Source of the DNA: Spirochaetaceae bacterium
GTDB lineage: Bacteria; Spirochaetota; Spirochaetia; DSM-2461
Length of the DNA: 64,000 bases
NCBI GenBank assembly: GCA_965224705.1
Contig: OZ245056.1
Coordinates: 1,856,001-1,920,000, forward strand
Reading direction: 5' to 3'
Numbering within the stretch: position 1 is the stretch's first letter; each line of letters begins with the position of its first letter. This document shows, in pieces, positions 47,917 through 56,749 of this stretch. Below the pieces are notes generated by a model. It was not told the DNA's origin, did not search any database, and was given only the letters and a program-made list of their open reading frames with translations. Position numbers and translations under genes: made by a program.

Positions 47917-48451
47917 GGTTTTGCTGAGTTTGACCGGATCCATTGCCTGCTACAAAAGCTGTTCTGTTATTTCAGAACTTATGCAGAACAATGTGGATGT
48001 TCAGGCTGCATGTACTCAATCCTCTCTCAGATTTATTGGTAAAGCGACATTGGAAGGTTTAACCCGAAGGGATATTTACTCCGATATGTTTGATTCTTCC
48101 GGGAATATAGAACATGTGAACCTCACAAACTGGTATGATTTAGCCATAATTTGTCCTGCTACCGGAAATATGATCAACAAAATTGCTGCAGGAATCGCCG
48201 ATGATCCGGTGTCCTGTCTTTTTCTGGCTCATGATTTCAAACTCCCCTGCATAATTGCACCGGCAATGAACGCCAGAATGTATGAGCATCCGCGGACTCA
48301 AGAATCCATTCGCACTCTGAAGAGTTGGGGAATCAATGTTCTTGGGACTGAAACGGGATACCAGGCCTGCGGAACAATTGGCCCCGGCAGGCTGTTACCG
48401 CCTGAAACCATTGTAAAAATCATAATGAAAGAGTTGAACGGCGGTCAATGA
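47903..48451 (+). CDS. coaC: Phosphopantothenoylcysteine decarboxylase (stand-alone)
   Basis: TGSIACYK, PATGNMINK, APAMNARMY, ACGTIGPGRL. Confidence 0.9.
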   Translation: MSRYKVLLSLTGSIACYKSCSVISELMQNNVDVQAACTQSSLRFIGKATLEGLTRRDIYSDMFDSSGNIEHVNLTNWYDLAIICPATGNMINKIAAGIADDPVSCLFLAHDFKLPCIIAPAMNARMYEHPRTQESIRTLKSWGINVLGTETGYQACGTIGPGRLLPPETIVKIIMKELNGGQ

Positions 48452-49128
48452 GAATCCTGATTACTTCCGGTGCAACTCAGGAGCCTGTCGACGGGGTAAG
48501 GCATCTCACAAACTTCAGCAGCGGCAAAACTGGTGCTGGACTCTCAGAAATTCTGGCAGCAAAGCATCAGATTACATTCCTATATGGCAGAAACAGTGTG
48601 CTGCCGAATACTCCCGTCATCAGCCAGGAGTATCAAACATTTCAAGAACTCAACCAGATTCTAATTGAAGTGCTGAGAAATAATTCCTACAGTCTCATCA
48701 TACATGCCGCTGCGATAAGTGATTATTCAATCTCCCATATTGAGCTGAATGGAAAAACATATCAGCCATCAAAACTTCTCAAGATACAATCCGGAGTTAA
48801 TCTTTCAATTCATACACGAAGCAATTTCAAGATAATAGACAGGCTGAAAGAATACGCACTCTCCAATCCCAGCGTGACAGAGCCGCCCATACTTGTGGGA
48901 TTCAAGCTTACCAATACTGATGATAAGGAAATTCAGAAAAAGGAAGTCGCCAGGCTGGCATCTCATGCCCCTGTTGATTTCATTGTTCATAACGATCTCC
49001 ATGAGATACAATCTCAGGGAATTCATCTCTATAATCTCTATAAAGGCGAGAACACATTGAAAACAAATATTACAATGGAAGAATTGGGATTACTGCTCCC
49101 TCAACTGTCCGATGGAAATGACGTATGA
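48448..49128 (+). CDS. coaB: Phosphopantothenate--cysteine ligase (stand-alone)
   Basis: ITSGATQEPVDGVRHLTNFSSGKTG, HAAAISDY, VGFKL; ATGA overlap with coaC. Confidence 0.9.
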   Translation: MRILITSGATQEPVDGVRHLTNFSSGKTGAGLSEILAAKHQITFLYGRNSVLPNTPVISQEYQTFQELNQILIEVLRNNSYSLIIHAAAISDYSISHIELNGKTYQPSKLLKIQSGVNLSIHTRSNFKIIDRLKEYALSNPSVTEPPILVGFKLTNTDDKEIQKKEVARLASHAPVDFIVHNDLHEIQSQGIHLYNLYKGENTLKTNITMEELGLLLPQLSDGNDV

Positions 49129-49898
49129 CCCTGGCTCTTGACGTCGGTAACAGTCATATATTCGGCGGAGTTATCCACAGGAAAACAATGCTGATTCAGT
49201 TTCGAAAATCCTCCCGTGTCAGTGTAACTTCTGATGAAATCGGAGTATTCCTCAGAGGTGTCCTGGGGGAAAACAATGTTGCTTCCAGAGATATAAAACA
49301 TATTGCGATATGCTCAGTGGTCCCCGATCTTGTTCACACTCTCAATAATACCTGTATAAAGTATTTTGGCATTACTCCCTTTATCTTAAATTCTGATGTA
49401 CAGACCGGATTGATTATCAAGTATAGAAACCCCCAGGAATTGGGAGCAGACCGCATTGCAAATGCTATTGAAGGAATTCATCTCTTTCCCAATCAAAACA
49501 TTATTATTGTTGACTTCGGGACAGCCACGACTATTTGTGCCATCAACAAAAATAAAGAATACCTTGGCGGGTTGATTTTGCCGGGATTGCGGATCTCCAT
49601 GCAGGCACTGTCATCGGAAACGGCAAAACTTCCCATTGTTGAGATTAAACCGCCCGGAGACCTTATTGGGCAATCAACAGTCGAAAGCATTCAGTCTGGC
49701 CTGTACTATGGCAACATGGCCATTATTGAAACAATTTGTAAATCAATAAAAACTCAGTCCTTCAACGATGAGGATTCCGTAGTGATTGGAACCGGGGGGT
49801 TTGTCCGGCTTTTCGAACGGGAGACTCTTTTTGATGTCGTCATCCCGGACCTGGTTCTGACGGGACTGTGCAGGGCTGTAGAGTTAAATCTTCCATAA
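49125..49898 (+). CDS. coaX: Type III pantothenate kinase
   Basis: DVGNS, LGADR, VDFGTATT, GGLILPG, TGG. Confidence 0.95.
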   Translation: MTLALDVGNSHIFGGVIHRKTMLIQFRKSSRVSVTSDEIGVFLRGVLGENNVASRDIKHIAICSVVPDLVHTLNNTCIKYFGITPFILNSDVQTGLIIKYRNPQELGADRIANAIEGIHLFPNQNIIIVDFGTATTICAINKNKEYLGGLILPGLRISMQALSSETAKLPIVEIKPPGDLIGQSTVESIQSGLYYGNMAIIETICKSIKTQSFNDEDSVVIGTGGFVRLFERETLFDVVIPDLVLTGLCRAVELNLP

Positions 49899-50003
49899 TG
49901 TCAGTAAGCTTGTAAGTTAATTCCCAATCACATCCTGAAGAGGATTCTCCCTCACAGCTCTGTACGGATCTGTTTCACTTCATGCTGTGTAATGAATGGG
50001 GAT

Positions 50004-50867
50004 CTACTCTTCATCTTTGCCATAGGGAATACCATCTGCGGCAGGGGCCCTGGTTTTGCCCGTCATTCCGGCCAGTACTACCACGGCGAGGATGTAGGGA
50101 AGCATCTGTACAAATTGACCCGGGATTGGAATTCTTGTTTCAAACATGATGCGAAAAGTATCAGCGTAGCCGAAGAGAAAAGCTGCCAGAACTGCCCCGA
50201 CAGGATGCCACCGTCCGAATATCATGGCTGCCAGAGCTATGAAACCCCGTCCGCCGGTCATGCCGCTGATCCATTGGGAAGGATAGAGAGTAGCCGCTGC
50301 CAGTCCACACATTCCGCCGGAGATTAAAACTCCTGCGTATCGCATCAGGTAGACATTGACTCCCAGAGTATCAGCCGCACCAGGATTCTCGCCCACCGAA
50401 CGCAATCTCATTCCAAAAACTGTTTTGTAGAGAACAAACCATGAGATCAGTGTTATGGGAATAAGGGCGAAAGCAAAAACACTCACACCCATGTACTGAG
50501 GAAACAGATAGGCATTGATCTCCGACTGAGTTTCCTGGGCATAGATTTCCTGACTCAAAAAGCGTGCAATTCCAAATGCCAGAATATTCAGCGCAACACC
50601 TGAAACAATCTGATCGACCTTGAACGTGATGGCTGCTACAGCATGAATCAATGCAATCAGCATACCGGCTATAACAGCGGTCAGAAGTCCGAGAGCGATG
50701 CTTTGAAAGACCATGGCCCCGAACACAATGAAGAAACAGGTAATAATCATGATGCCTTCAAGAGCGATGTTCACCACTCCGCTCCGTTCGGAAAAAACGG
50801 CTCCAATGGCGGCAAATGCTATGGGAGAAGACATTTCAAGACCATTTAGAATAAAATCAAGAAACAT
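50004..50867 (-). CDS. Nucleoside/purine ABC transporter permease (NupC-like)
   Basis: ERSGVVNIALEG, GMRLRSVGENP, GRGFIALAA, APAADGIPY. Confidence 0.9.
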   Translation of the reverse strand: MFLDFILNGLEMSSPIAFAAIGAVFSERSGVVNIALEGIMIITCFFIVFGAMVFQSIALGLLTAVIAGMLIALIHAVAAITFKVDQIVSGVALNILAFGIARFLSQEIYAQETQSEINAYLFPQYMGVSVFAFALIPITLISWFVLYKTVFGMRLRSVGENPGAADTLGVNVYLMRYAGVLISGGMCGLAAATLYPSQWISGMTGGRGFIALAAMIFGRWHPVGAVLAAFLFGYADTFRIMFETRIPIPGQFVQMLPYILAVVVLAGMTGKTRAPAADGIPYGKDEE

Positions 50868-50872
50868 ACTTA

Positions 50873-51973
50873 TTACACCACCTCCTTCTTCCGTCGAGCT
50901 ATGATGTCTCTCATTACAACCTCATTGGAAACAACAATGACCAGAATCATCAAACCAGTAATAACGTAAATAACCGAGTTGGGGACCGATGTATAGAGTT
51001 GAAGACCATATCCGGCCTGCCTCAAGAATGCAAATACAATGGATGAAAATACAACTCCAAGGGGTGAATTCCGACCAATGAGAGCAATGGCAATTCCATC
51101 AAATCCTATACCCGAGGCGATTTCAAATGTGTAGAAGCCCCTGATAGCAAATATTTCCTGCAATCCAATGAGTCCTGCCAGCGACCCACTGAATAGAAAT
51201 GCTCCGATTTGAACCTGACCCACCTTCACTCCGGCATATTTCGCAACATCCACCGCCGTTCCCACAGCTCTGATCTCGAATCCATAGCGAAGTCTATACA
51301 GAAGAAACCAAACAAGGAAACCCATTATTACAGCAACTATCAGACTGTAATCAAGATAAACATAATCTGGAATATTTAATCCAATGGCCCTGAAAATATG
51401 ATTGAACGTACCAAACAAAGCTGTATCCCGTATCTGCCGGGTTTGAGCTTCCAGATTGACACCCGATTCCACACCTGAAAGAGGTCCATTAACAAGGTAA
51501 TTCATCAGGGCCAGAGCAATGCTGTTAAACATTATGGTTGTTATAACCTCATGGACGCCTTTTCGGACCTTCAGGAAAGCAGGAATTGCTGCCCAGAGAG
51601 CTCCTCCCAGCATACTGGCCAGTACAATGACAGGAAGATGTAGAAAGGTGGGTAATTTCAGGTAGATGCCGGCCAGAGCCCCCACAAGACCGCCCACAAA
51701 GTACTGTCCCTCAACCCCAATGTTAAAAATACCTGCCTTGAAGGCAAAGGACACAGCCAGTCCCGCAAGAAAAAGAGGAATCGCAATTGAAAAAACCGTA
51801 GCCAGCCTGGGAGTTGTGCTCAGAATGAATTTGTAGATTGCGACAAAGACCTTGCCAGGGCTTTCACCCACAACCAGTGTAACAATCAGCAGGATTATCA
51901 GAGATGCAGCAAATCCAAACAGAGGTGCGGTCAATTCCAGTAATTTGTACTTATCAATTCCTGGTTTCTTCAT
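50873..51973 (-). CDS. Nucleoside/purine ABC transporter permease (NupB-like)
   Basis: FNIGVEGQY, HEVITTIMFN, GFEIRAVG, GFDGIAIALIG. Confidence 0.9.
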   Translation of the reverse strand: MKKPGIDKYKLLELTAPLFGFAASLIILLIVTLVVGESPGKVFVAIYKFILSTTPRLATVFSIAIPLFLAGLAVSFAFKAGIFNIGVEGQYFVGGLVGALAGIYLKLPTFLHLPVIVLASMLGGALWAAIPAFLKVRKGVHEVITTIMFNSIALALMNYLVNGPLSGVESGVNLEAQTRQIRDTALFGTFNHIFRAIGLNIPDYVYLDYSLIVAVIMGFLVWFLLYRLRYGFEIRAVGTAVDVAKYAGVKVGQVQIGAFLFSGSLAGLIGLQEIFAIRGFYTFEIASGIGFDGIAIALIGRNSPLGVVFSSIVFAFLRQAGYGLQLYTSVPNSVIYVITGLMILVIVVSNEVVMRDIIARRKKEVV

Positions 51974-53480
51974 GTCCGCTTCCTCCCATCATGGCAATCC
52001 CCACCTCTTCCTTTGATGCATTATCCCGATTAAACTCCCTGGAAATCCTGCCCTTGTAAATAACCCCGATTCGATCGGAGAGAGCAAGAACCTCATCAAG
52101 GTCAGCGGATACCAGCAGTACAGCTCTCTTTTCAATTTTAGCTGTTACTATCTGTTTGTAGATGAACTCGGTCGCACCAATATCAACACCCCTTGTGGGC
52201 TGACATGCCAGAAGAAGAATCGGGTCGGCTTTCATTTCCCGGGCAATAACGATTTTCTGCTGATTTCCGCCGGAGAGGGTGTTGGCAGGAACAGTTTCAG
52301 AAGGGGTTCTTACATCGTATTCCTCAATGGCTTTCCGTGTGAATTCCAATATCTCCCTGCTTCTAATCATCTGATAGCGAGTAACGAAAGGGGGGCGGTG
52401 GTGCCTTCCGAGAGTCATGTTGTCCATCAGAGAATAGGGGAGCAGTAAGCCGTACTTGTGCCTGTCCTCAGGAATGTGACTTATTCCAGCCTCTCTTCGG
52501 GTTCGGATATCCCATCCATGTATATGACTGCCATTCAGCCGTATTTCTCCTGATTCGAAAGGTATTTTATCAGCTATGGCCTGAATGAGTTCTGTCTGTC
52601 CATTGCCTTCGACTCCAGCTATTCCATATATTTCGCCTGCGTCCACATGAAGACTTATGTCGTCAAGTACTCTCTGCCCATGGGATCCTTTTACGCAAAG
52701 ATTTTCTATTTCCAGAACAGGATCGCCCGGGATTATTGCAGGATTATCCACTTTTAACAGAACAGGTTTACCGACCATCAATTCAGCTAACATGGATTTT
52801 GTGGCACCTTCTCTGGGAAGCGTTTGAATTATTCTTCCGTACCGGATAACGGTAATACTGTCAGAAATCTCCAGCACTTCATCCAATTTGTGACTGATGA
52901 AGACTATCCCCTTACCCTGTTGTTTCAGGAAGCGAAACGTCTTGAACAGTTCTTCAACCTCCTGAGGTGTGAGAACAGCCGTAGGTTCATCAAAGACAAG
53001 AACTTCTGCGCCGCGGTAAAGAATTTTGAGTATTTCTACTCTCTGCTGCAAGCCAACCGACAGGTCCTCCACTTTAGTCATGGGGTCAAGAAACATGTGG
53101 TTCTCTTCCATTAACTTATTGATTTTCTCTATTGGTTTTTTGAAATTCAGGACTCCAGCTCTGTGAGTTTCCTCACCGAGTACGATGTTTTCTGCCACTG
53201 TAAAGGGAGGAACCAGCATGAAGTGTTGATGAACCATACCTATCCCCTGGTGAATGGCGCTTTTTGGATTTTTTATAGTGACTTTTTTGCCCTTAATCCG
53301 TATCTGTCCTGCATTTGGCTTATACAAACCATAGAGGATCTTCATGAGCGTTGTTTTTCCAGCACCATTTTCACCGACAAGAGCATGTATCTCACCCTTT
53401 TTCAGGGTGAGGTTTATGTCGTCGTTTGCTTTGACGCCAGGAAATACTTTGGTTATGCCTTTCATTTCCAGGAGCGACAT
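51954..53480 (-). CDS. Nucleoside ABC transporter ATP-binding protein (CUT2, NupA-like)
   Basis: GENGAGKTT, MVHQHFMLV, DEPTAVLTPQE, LSGGNQQK, QPTRGVD. Confidence 0.92.
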   Translation of the reverse strand: MSLLEMKGITKVFPGVKANDDINLTLKKGEIHALVGENGAGKTTLMKILYGLYKPNAGQIRIKGKKVTIKNPKSAIHQGIGMVHQHFMLVPPFTVAENIVLGEETHRAGVLNFKKPIEKINKLMEENHMFLDPMTKVEDLSVGLQQRVEILKILYRGAEVLVFDEPTAVLTPQEVEELFKTFRFLKQQGKGIVFISHKLDEVLEISDSITVIRYGRIIQTLPREGATKSMLAELMVGKPVLLKVDNPAIIPGDPVLEIENLCVKGSHGQRVLDDISLHVDAGEIYGIAGVEGNGQTELIQAIADKIPFESGEIRLNGSHIHGWDIRTRREAGISHIPEDRHKYGLLLPYSLMDNMTLGRHHRPPFVTRYQMIRSREILEFTRKAIEEYDVRTPSETVPANTLSGGNQQKIVIAREMKADPILLLACQPTRGVDIGATEFIYKQIVTAKIEKRAVLLVSADLDEVLALSDRIGVIYKGRISREFNRDNASKEEVGIAMMGGSGHEETRN

Positions 53481-53496
53481 GTGTTTCCCTTAAGAA

Positions 53497-53523
53497 GTGC
53501 CCGGCCGAATATCGACCGGGCAC
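53497..53523 (-). terminator. Intra-operon stem-loop after the BMP gene
   Basis: On the minus strand GTGCCCGGTCGA-TAT-TCGGCCGGGCAC followed by TTCTT. Confidence 0.6.
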
Positions 53524-53548
53524 CATATGATTTTACTTCAAAGAATTT

Positions 53549-54667
53549 CTAAAGCTGATCCTCGTGATCAGGGACAGTGATTTCACCGCCGATGATTTTC
53601 TGGGCGACCTGATTCACCTGAGCCGTTATACCGCTGAGTTTGTCCCGGTTGTAGGCATTCATTGCATAACCGACACCTTCGTCAGCCAGGTTAAATGTTT
53701 TGTATCCACCCTCAATACTGCCAGTGTCGATGAAGGTTTTTCCCATCTGGAAAACAGCATTATCAACTTTCTTAACCATTGAAGTAAGGATGAATTCACC
53801 GATGGCCTTTTCTTCATTCGTATTGCCCTCAGAGTACACAAGGCCCTGGTCGGAATCGACACCGATGGCCAGTTTATTCATATCCTTTGCCGCCTTGAAC
53901 AGTCCTGTACCGGACGCACCTGAAGCATGATAAATAACTTCAGCTCCCTGATTGTACATGTTTACGGCTATACTTTCAGCCGTTTTTGGATCATTGAATG
54001 CACTGCCATCCTGACCAATGTACTGCCCCATCAGCATACCATCATCTGTGTAAGCCGGATCGGCATGGATTGCACCGGCAAAGAAACCAGCATGAAATTT
54101 GTGAATGAGGGGCATGTCCATTCCACCGATGAATCCCAGTTTCTTACCATCGGCTGACAATGCGGCAATATAACCAACCATGAACGATCCTTCATGTTCC
54201 GCAAAGCTGAGGCAGGTTATATTGCTGTCAGGGGAAAGGTCACCTATGTAGCCATCAATCAGCCCGAAATGAACTTCGGGGAACTCACCTGCAACTTTGG
54301 CCAGGGAGTCCGTAAACATGAACCCGACACCGAAGATAAGTGAATACCCATCTTCCGCAAGAACACGCAGAAGCTGTTCCCGATCCTGTCCGCCCTGCTT
54401 GGGTTCAAGGTACTTAAGCTCGATTTCTCGGCCAAAATCGACGTTGTCCGGGTCATCCTTGATATACCCGGAGTACTCTTCGGCCAGCATGGCAAGGCCG
54501 TTATATGCCGAATCATTGAAGGATTTGTCACCCTTACCACCGACATCAAAAACGATACCGATTTTCACAACATCCTCTTCTGACTCTTTATTACAACCGA
54601 CCCAGAGTGTACTCACACTGATTAACAATAATCCAAAGATAAGAATTCGCCAAACGCATTTTTTCAT
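53549..54667 (-). CDS. BMP-family (PnrA/TmpC-like) nucleoside-binding lipoprotein
   Basis: Lipobox WVGC; GGKGDKSFNDSA, FAEHEGS, AIGVDSDQ, LTSMVKKVD. Confidence 0.92.
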   Translation of the reverse strand: MKKCVWRILIFGLLLISVSTLWVGCNKESEEDVVKIGIVFDVGGKGDKSFNDSAYNGLAMLAEEYSGYIKDDPDNVDFGREIELKYLEPKQGGQDREQLLRVLAEDGYSLIFGVGFMFTDSLAKVAGEFPEVHFGLIDGYIGDLSPDSNITCLSFAEHEGSFMVGYIAALSADGKKLGFIGGMDMPLIHKFHAGFFAGAIHADPAYTDDGMLMGQYIGQDGSAFNDPKTAESIAVNMYNQGAEVIYHASGASGTGLFKAAKDMNKLAIGVDSDQGLVYSEGNTNEEKAIGEFILTSMVKKVDNAVFQMGKTFIDTGSIEGGYKTFNLADEGVGYAMNAYNRDKLSGITAQVNQVAQKIIGGEITVPDHEDQL

Positions 54668-54819
54668 TTACTCTCCTCCTGATTCCTTTCCGTTTACACG
54701 ATACTTCAATGAATCAATAAAAGAAAAACCCTCCTATCGATTCATTGTCGTCATAATACAATGAATCCTGTTTTCTGGGAAGTGGATTGTAAACTAATCC
54801 AGATGATACAGCGGAAAAA

Positions 54820-56058
54820 TCAAAGATCAGGAATCAAATGGATCCTCACGAATGACAGTTCCCGGATTCCAAAGGCATCCCTTTCATTGAATCTATGATC
54901 AAGAACGATTTTTTTGTTGACTGTGTGTATTATATCTGCCTTCAACAATGCCAGTGCCCGGTCAGCTTCCATTGAGTTATTGGAATCAACGAGGTATAAG
55001 TCTTGAGAGTTCATGTTCGAGATGTATGCTCTGAAATGATCCGAAAGCCAGTCCTTATGCTGATTGAGCCAGGTTTGTGTCAGCGTATCCTGGAATGTAT
55101 ACCCTATATTAACCTTGAAGAAAAAAAACGTGGGCTGATCATCCTGAACCTGACCTGTCAACTCGGGAATATTCTTGAAGAAGGAAAAGTCAGGAGTCCA
55201 TCGTAAACTGTAATCATCTAAACGGCTGGAAGACGAACCCGCATCCTGGACTGATCTCATAATATCCATGCTGCGCCGATAAAGGTCTCCGGCCAGTACT
55301 GAAACTGTCAATTCACTGAGTTCGTCGGCGAGTGACGGATCGTACCGAACGGCAAAATTCCAATTCTCATTCAGTGTCAGATTGTACAGGATTGAGATAC
55401 TTGTACGCCAGGCTGCATCCAGGCGTTTCATCGCCCTGTTAAACCGACGATTTTTTTTCAAATAGCTGTGAATTTTCTGTTTATCAGTCTTATATGATAA
55501 ATGAGTCTCTCCATAGGGTATCCAGACTCTGCTGAACTGACTGATTGCCATTTCCATCATTTCAGCGGCAGACTTCATTCCAGAGGAATTATTCTGAACG
55601 GTATCATTTTGTGTATCCGTGCCGATAGCAATCGCAGTGACATCCTGTCTGGCTTTTTCAAACAAGGCTCTGGTGGTCGCAAGAAATTCTGGTATCCATT
55701 CCATACCAATGCCTGAGTAATCATTGCTGTAACGCTCGATTTCAGTGGAGAGAAGTCCGGAATAAGCCTCGAATCGGCGTTGATCGGTTCTTTTTCTGAA
55801 CTTTATTCTTATAGAATCCCTGGAAAGATAGTGTACCAGATTGGATAAACTTCCATTCTCAAGATATAGATCGGTAACAGATGCGGTGATCGAATTCAGG
55901 CTGCCATCAGATCCTGCCAGAGTTCTCACTGCTGTTCGCCGACTTCTCTCCGAAATTCTATTGGAAGGTGTGAAAAACAATATGATAATGAGTATCAGAA
56001 GAACAAGAATCAGTACAGTAATGCTGATTTTAATTAAAGGTGAGATTAAGCGATTCAT
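54820..56058 (-). CDS. Membrane-anchored hypothetical protein with FliL-like C-terminal domain
   Basis: Single N-terminal TM; C-terminal KVNIGY...LSDHFRAYIS...LKADIIHTVN...GIRELSF resembles FliL. Confidence 0.55.
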   Translation of the reverse strand: MNRLISPLIKISITVLILVLLILIIILFFTPSNRISERSRRTAVRTLAGSDGSLNSITASVTDLYLENGSLSNLVHYLSRDSIRIKFRKRTDQRRFEAYSGLLSTEIERYSNDYSGIGMEWIPEFLATTRALFEKARQDVTAIAIGTDTQNDTVQNNSSGMKSAAEMMEMAISQFSRVWIPYGETHLSYKTDKQKIHSYLKKNRRFNRAMKRLDAAWRTSISILYNLTLNENWNFAVRYDPSLADELSELTVSVLAGDLYRRSMDIMRSVQDAGSSSSRLDDYSLRWTPDFSFFKNIPELTGQVQDDQPTFFFFKVNIGYTFQDTLTQTWLNQHKDWLSDHFRAYISNMNSQDLYLVDSNNSMEADRALALLKADIIHTVNKKIVLDHRFNERDAFGIRELSFVRIHLIPDL

Positions 56059-56092
56059 ACACTTTCTATTATCGGATGCAGTGCATCCAGGT

Positions 56093-56121
56093 TTGACGTG
56101 AGAAGAAATATTTGATATACT
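56093..56121 (+). promoter_or_regulatory. Sigma70-type promoter of carD
   Basis: TTGACG-17 bp-TATACT, 9 nt upstream of the ATG. Confidence 0.7.
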
Positions 56122-56130
56122 GTTGGAGCT

Positions 56131-56727
56131 ATGTCAAAAAAATTTGAAACCGGGCAGCAAGTTGTTTACCCCCTGCAGGGAGTAGGGATTATTCAGGATA
56201 TTGAAGAGCGTTTATTCAATGGCACAATGGTGCCATACTATGTTATATACTTTCATGTTTCTGATATGACGATCCGTATACCTGCTGCTTCTGCTGTTAC
56301 TCAGGGAATTAGAGCCATTGTACAGAAGGAACGGGCAGAAGAAGCTCTGGATATTATTACATCAAATTATGAACCTGTTCCTACAGACTGGAAACTTCGC
56401 TACCAGATGAATCTGAGTCTCCTTCGCAAAGGGGATATAACGGATATTGCAACAGTAGTAACCAGGCTTTATCATCGCAGCAAGGTGAAGGAACTGCCAA
56501 TTCTGGAGCGTAAGCTGTATGACAGTGCATTAAACCTGCTTGTCGATGAAGTGGCTTTCTCTTTTGGAATAGAAAAAGATGAAGTTGAGCAGATGATTTT
56601 CATGAAGCTGGAGGCAGAAAATGCTTCATCGACGGGATCTGAGGACATTGCCGAAAAAATCTCCGATGCACTTCCAATAATGCCGGAGCATGATTTAGTA
56701 CAGGATGATGCAGAGGAAGAGAATTGA
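56131..56727 (+). CDS. carD: CarD-family transcriptional regulator
   Basis: FETGQQVVYPLQGVGII, DWKLRY, ERKLYDSA...LVDEVA; acidic tail. Confidence 0.9.
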   Translation: MSKKFETGQQVVYPLQGVGIIQDIEERLFNGTMVPYYVIYFHVSDMTIRIPAASAVTQGIRAIVQKERAEEALDIITSNYEPVPTDWKLRYQMNLSLLRKGDITDIATVVTRLYHRSKVKELPILERKLYDSALNLLVDEVAFSFGIEKDEVEQMIFMKLEAENASSTGSEDIAEKISDALPIMPEHDLVQDDAEEEN

Positions 56728-56749
56728 TCAGGAAGGCACTGAAATAAGA

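Noticed and set aside
49899..49915. TGTCAGTAAGCTTGTAA, resembling a solo L end of the GTGTCAGAAAGC family right after coaX
   Set aside because: It has mismatches and no partner end nearby; it could be a decayed end or chance, so it is not called.
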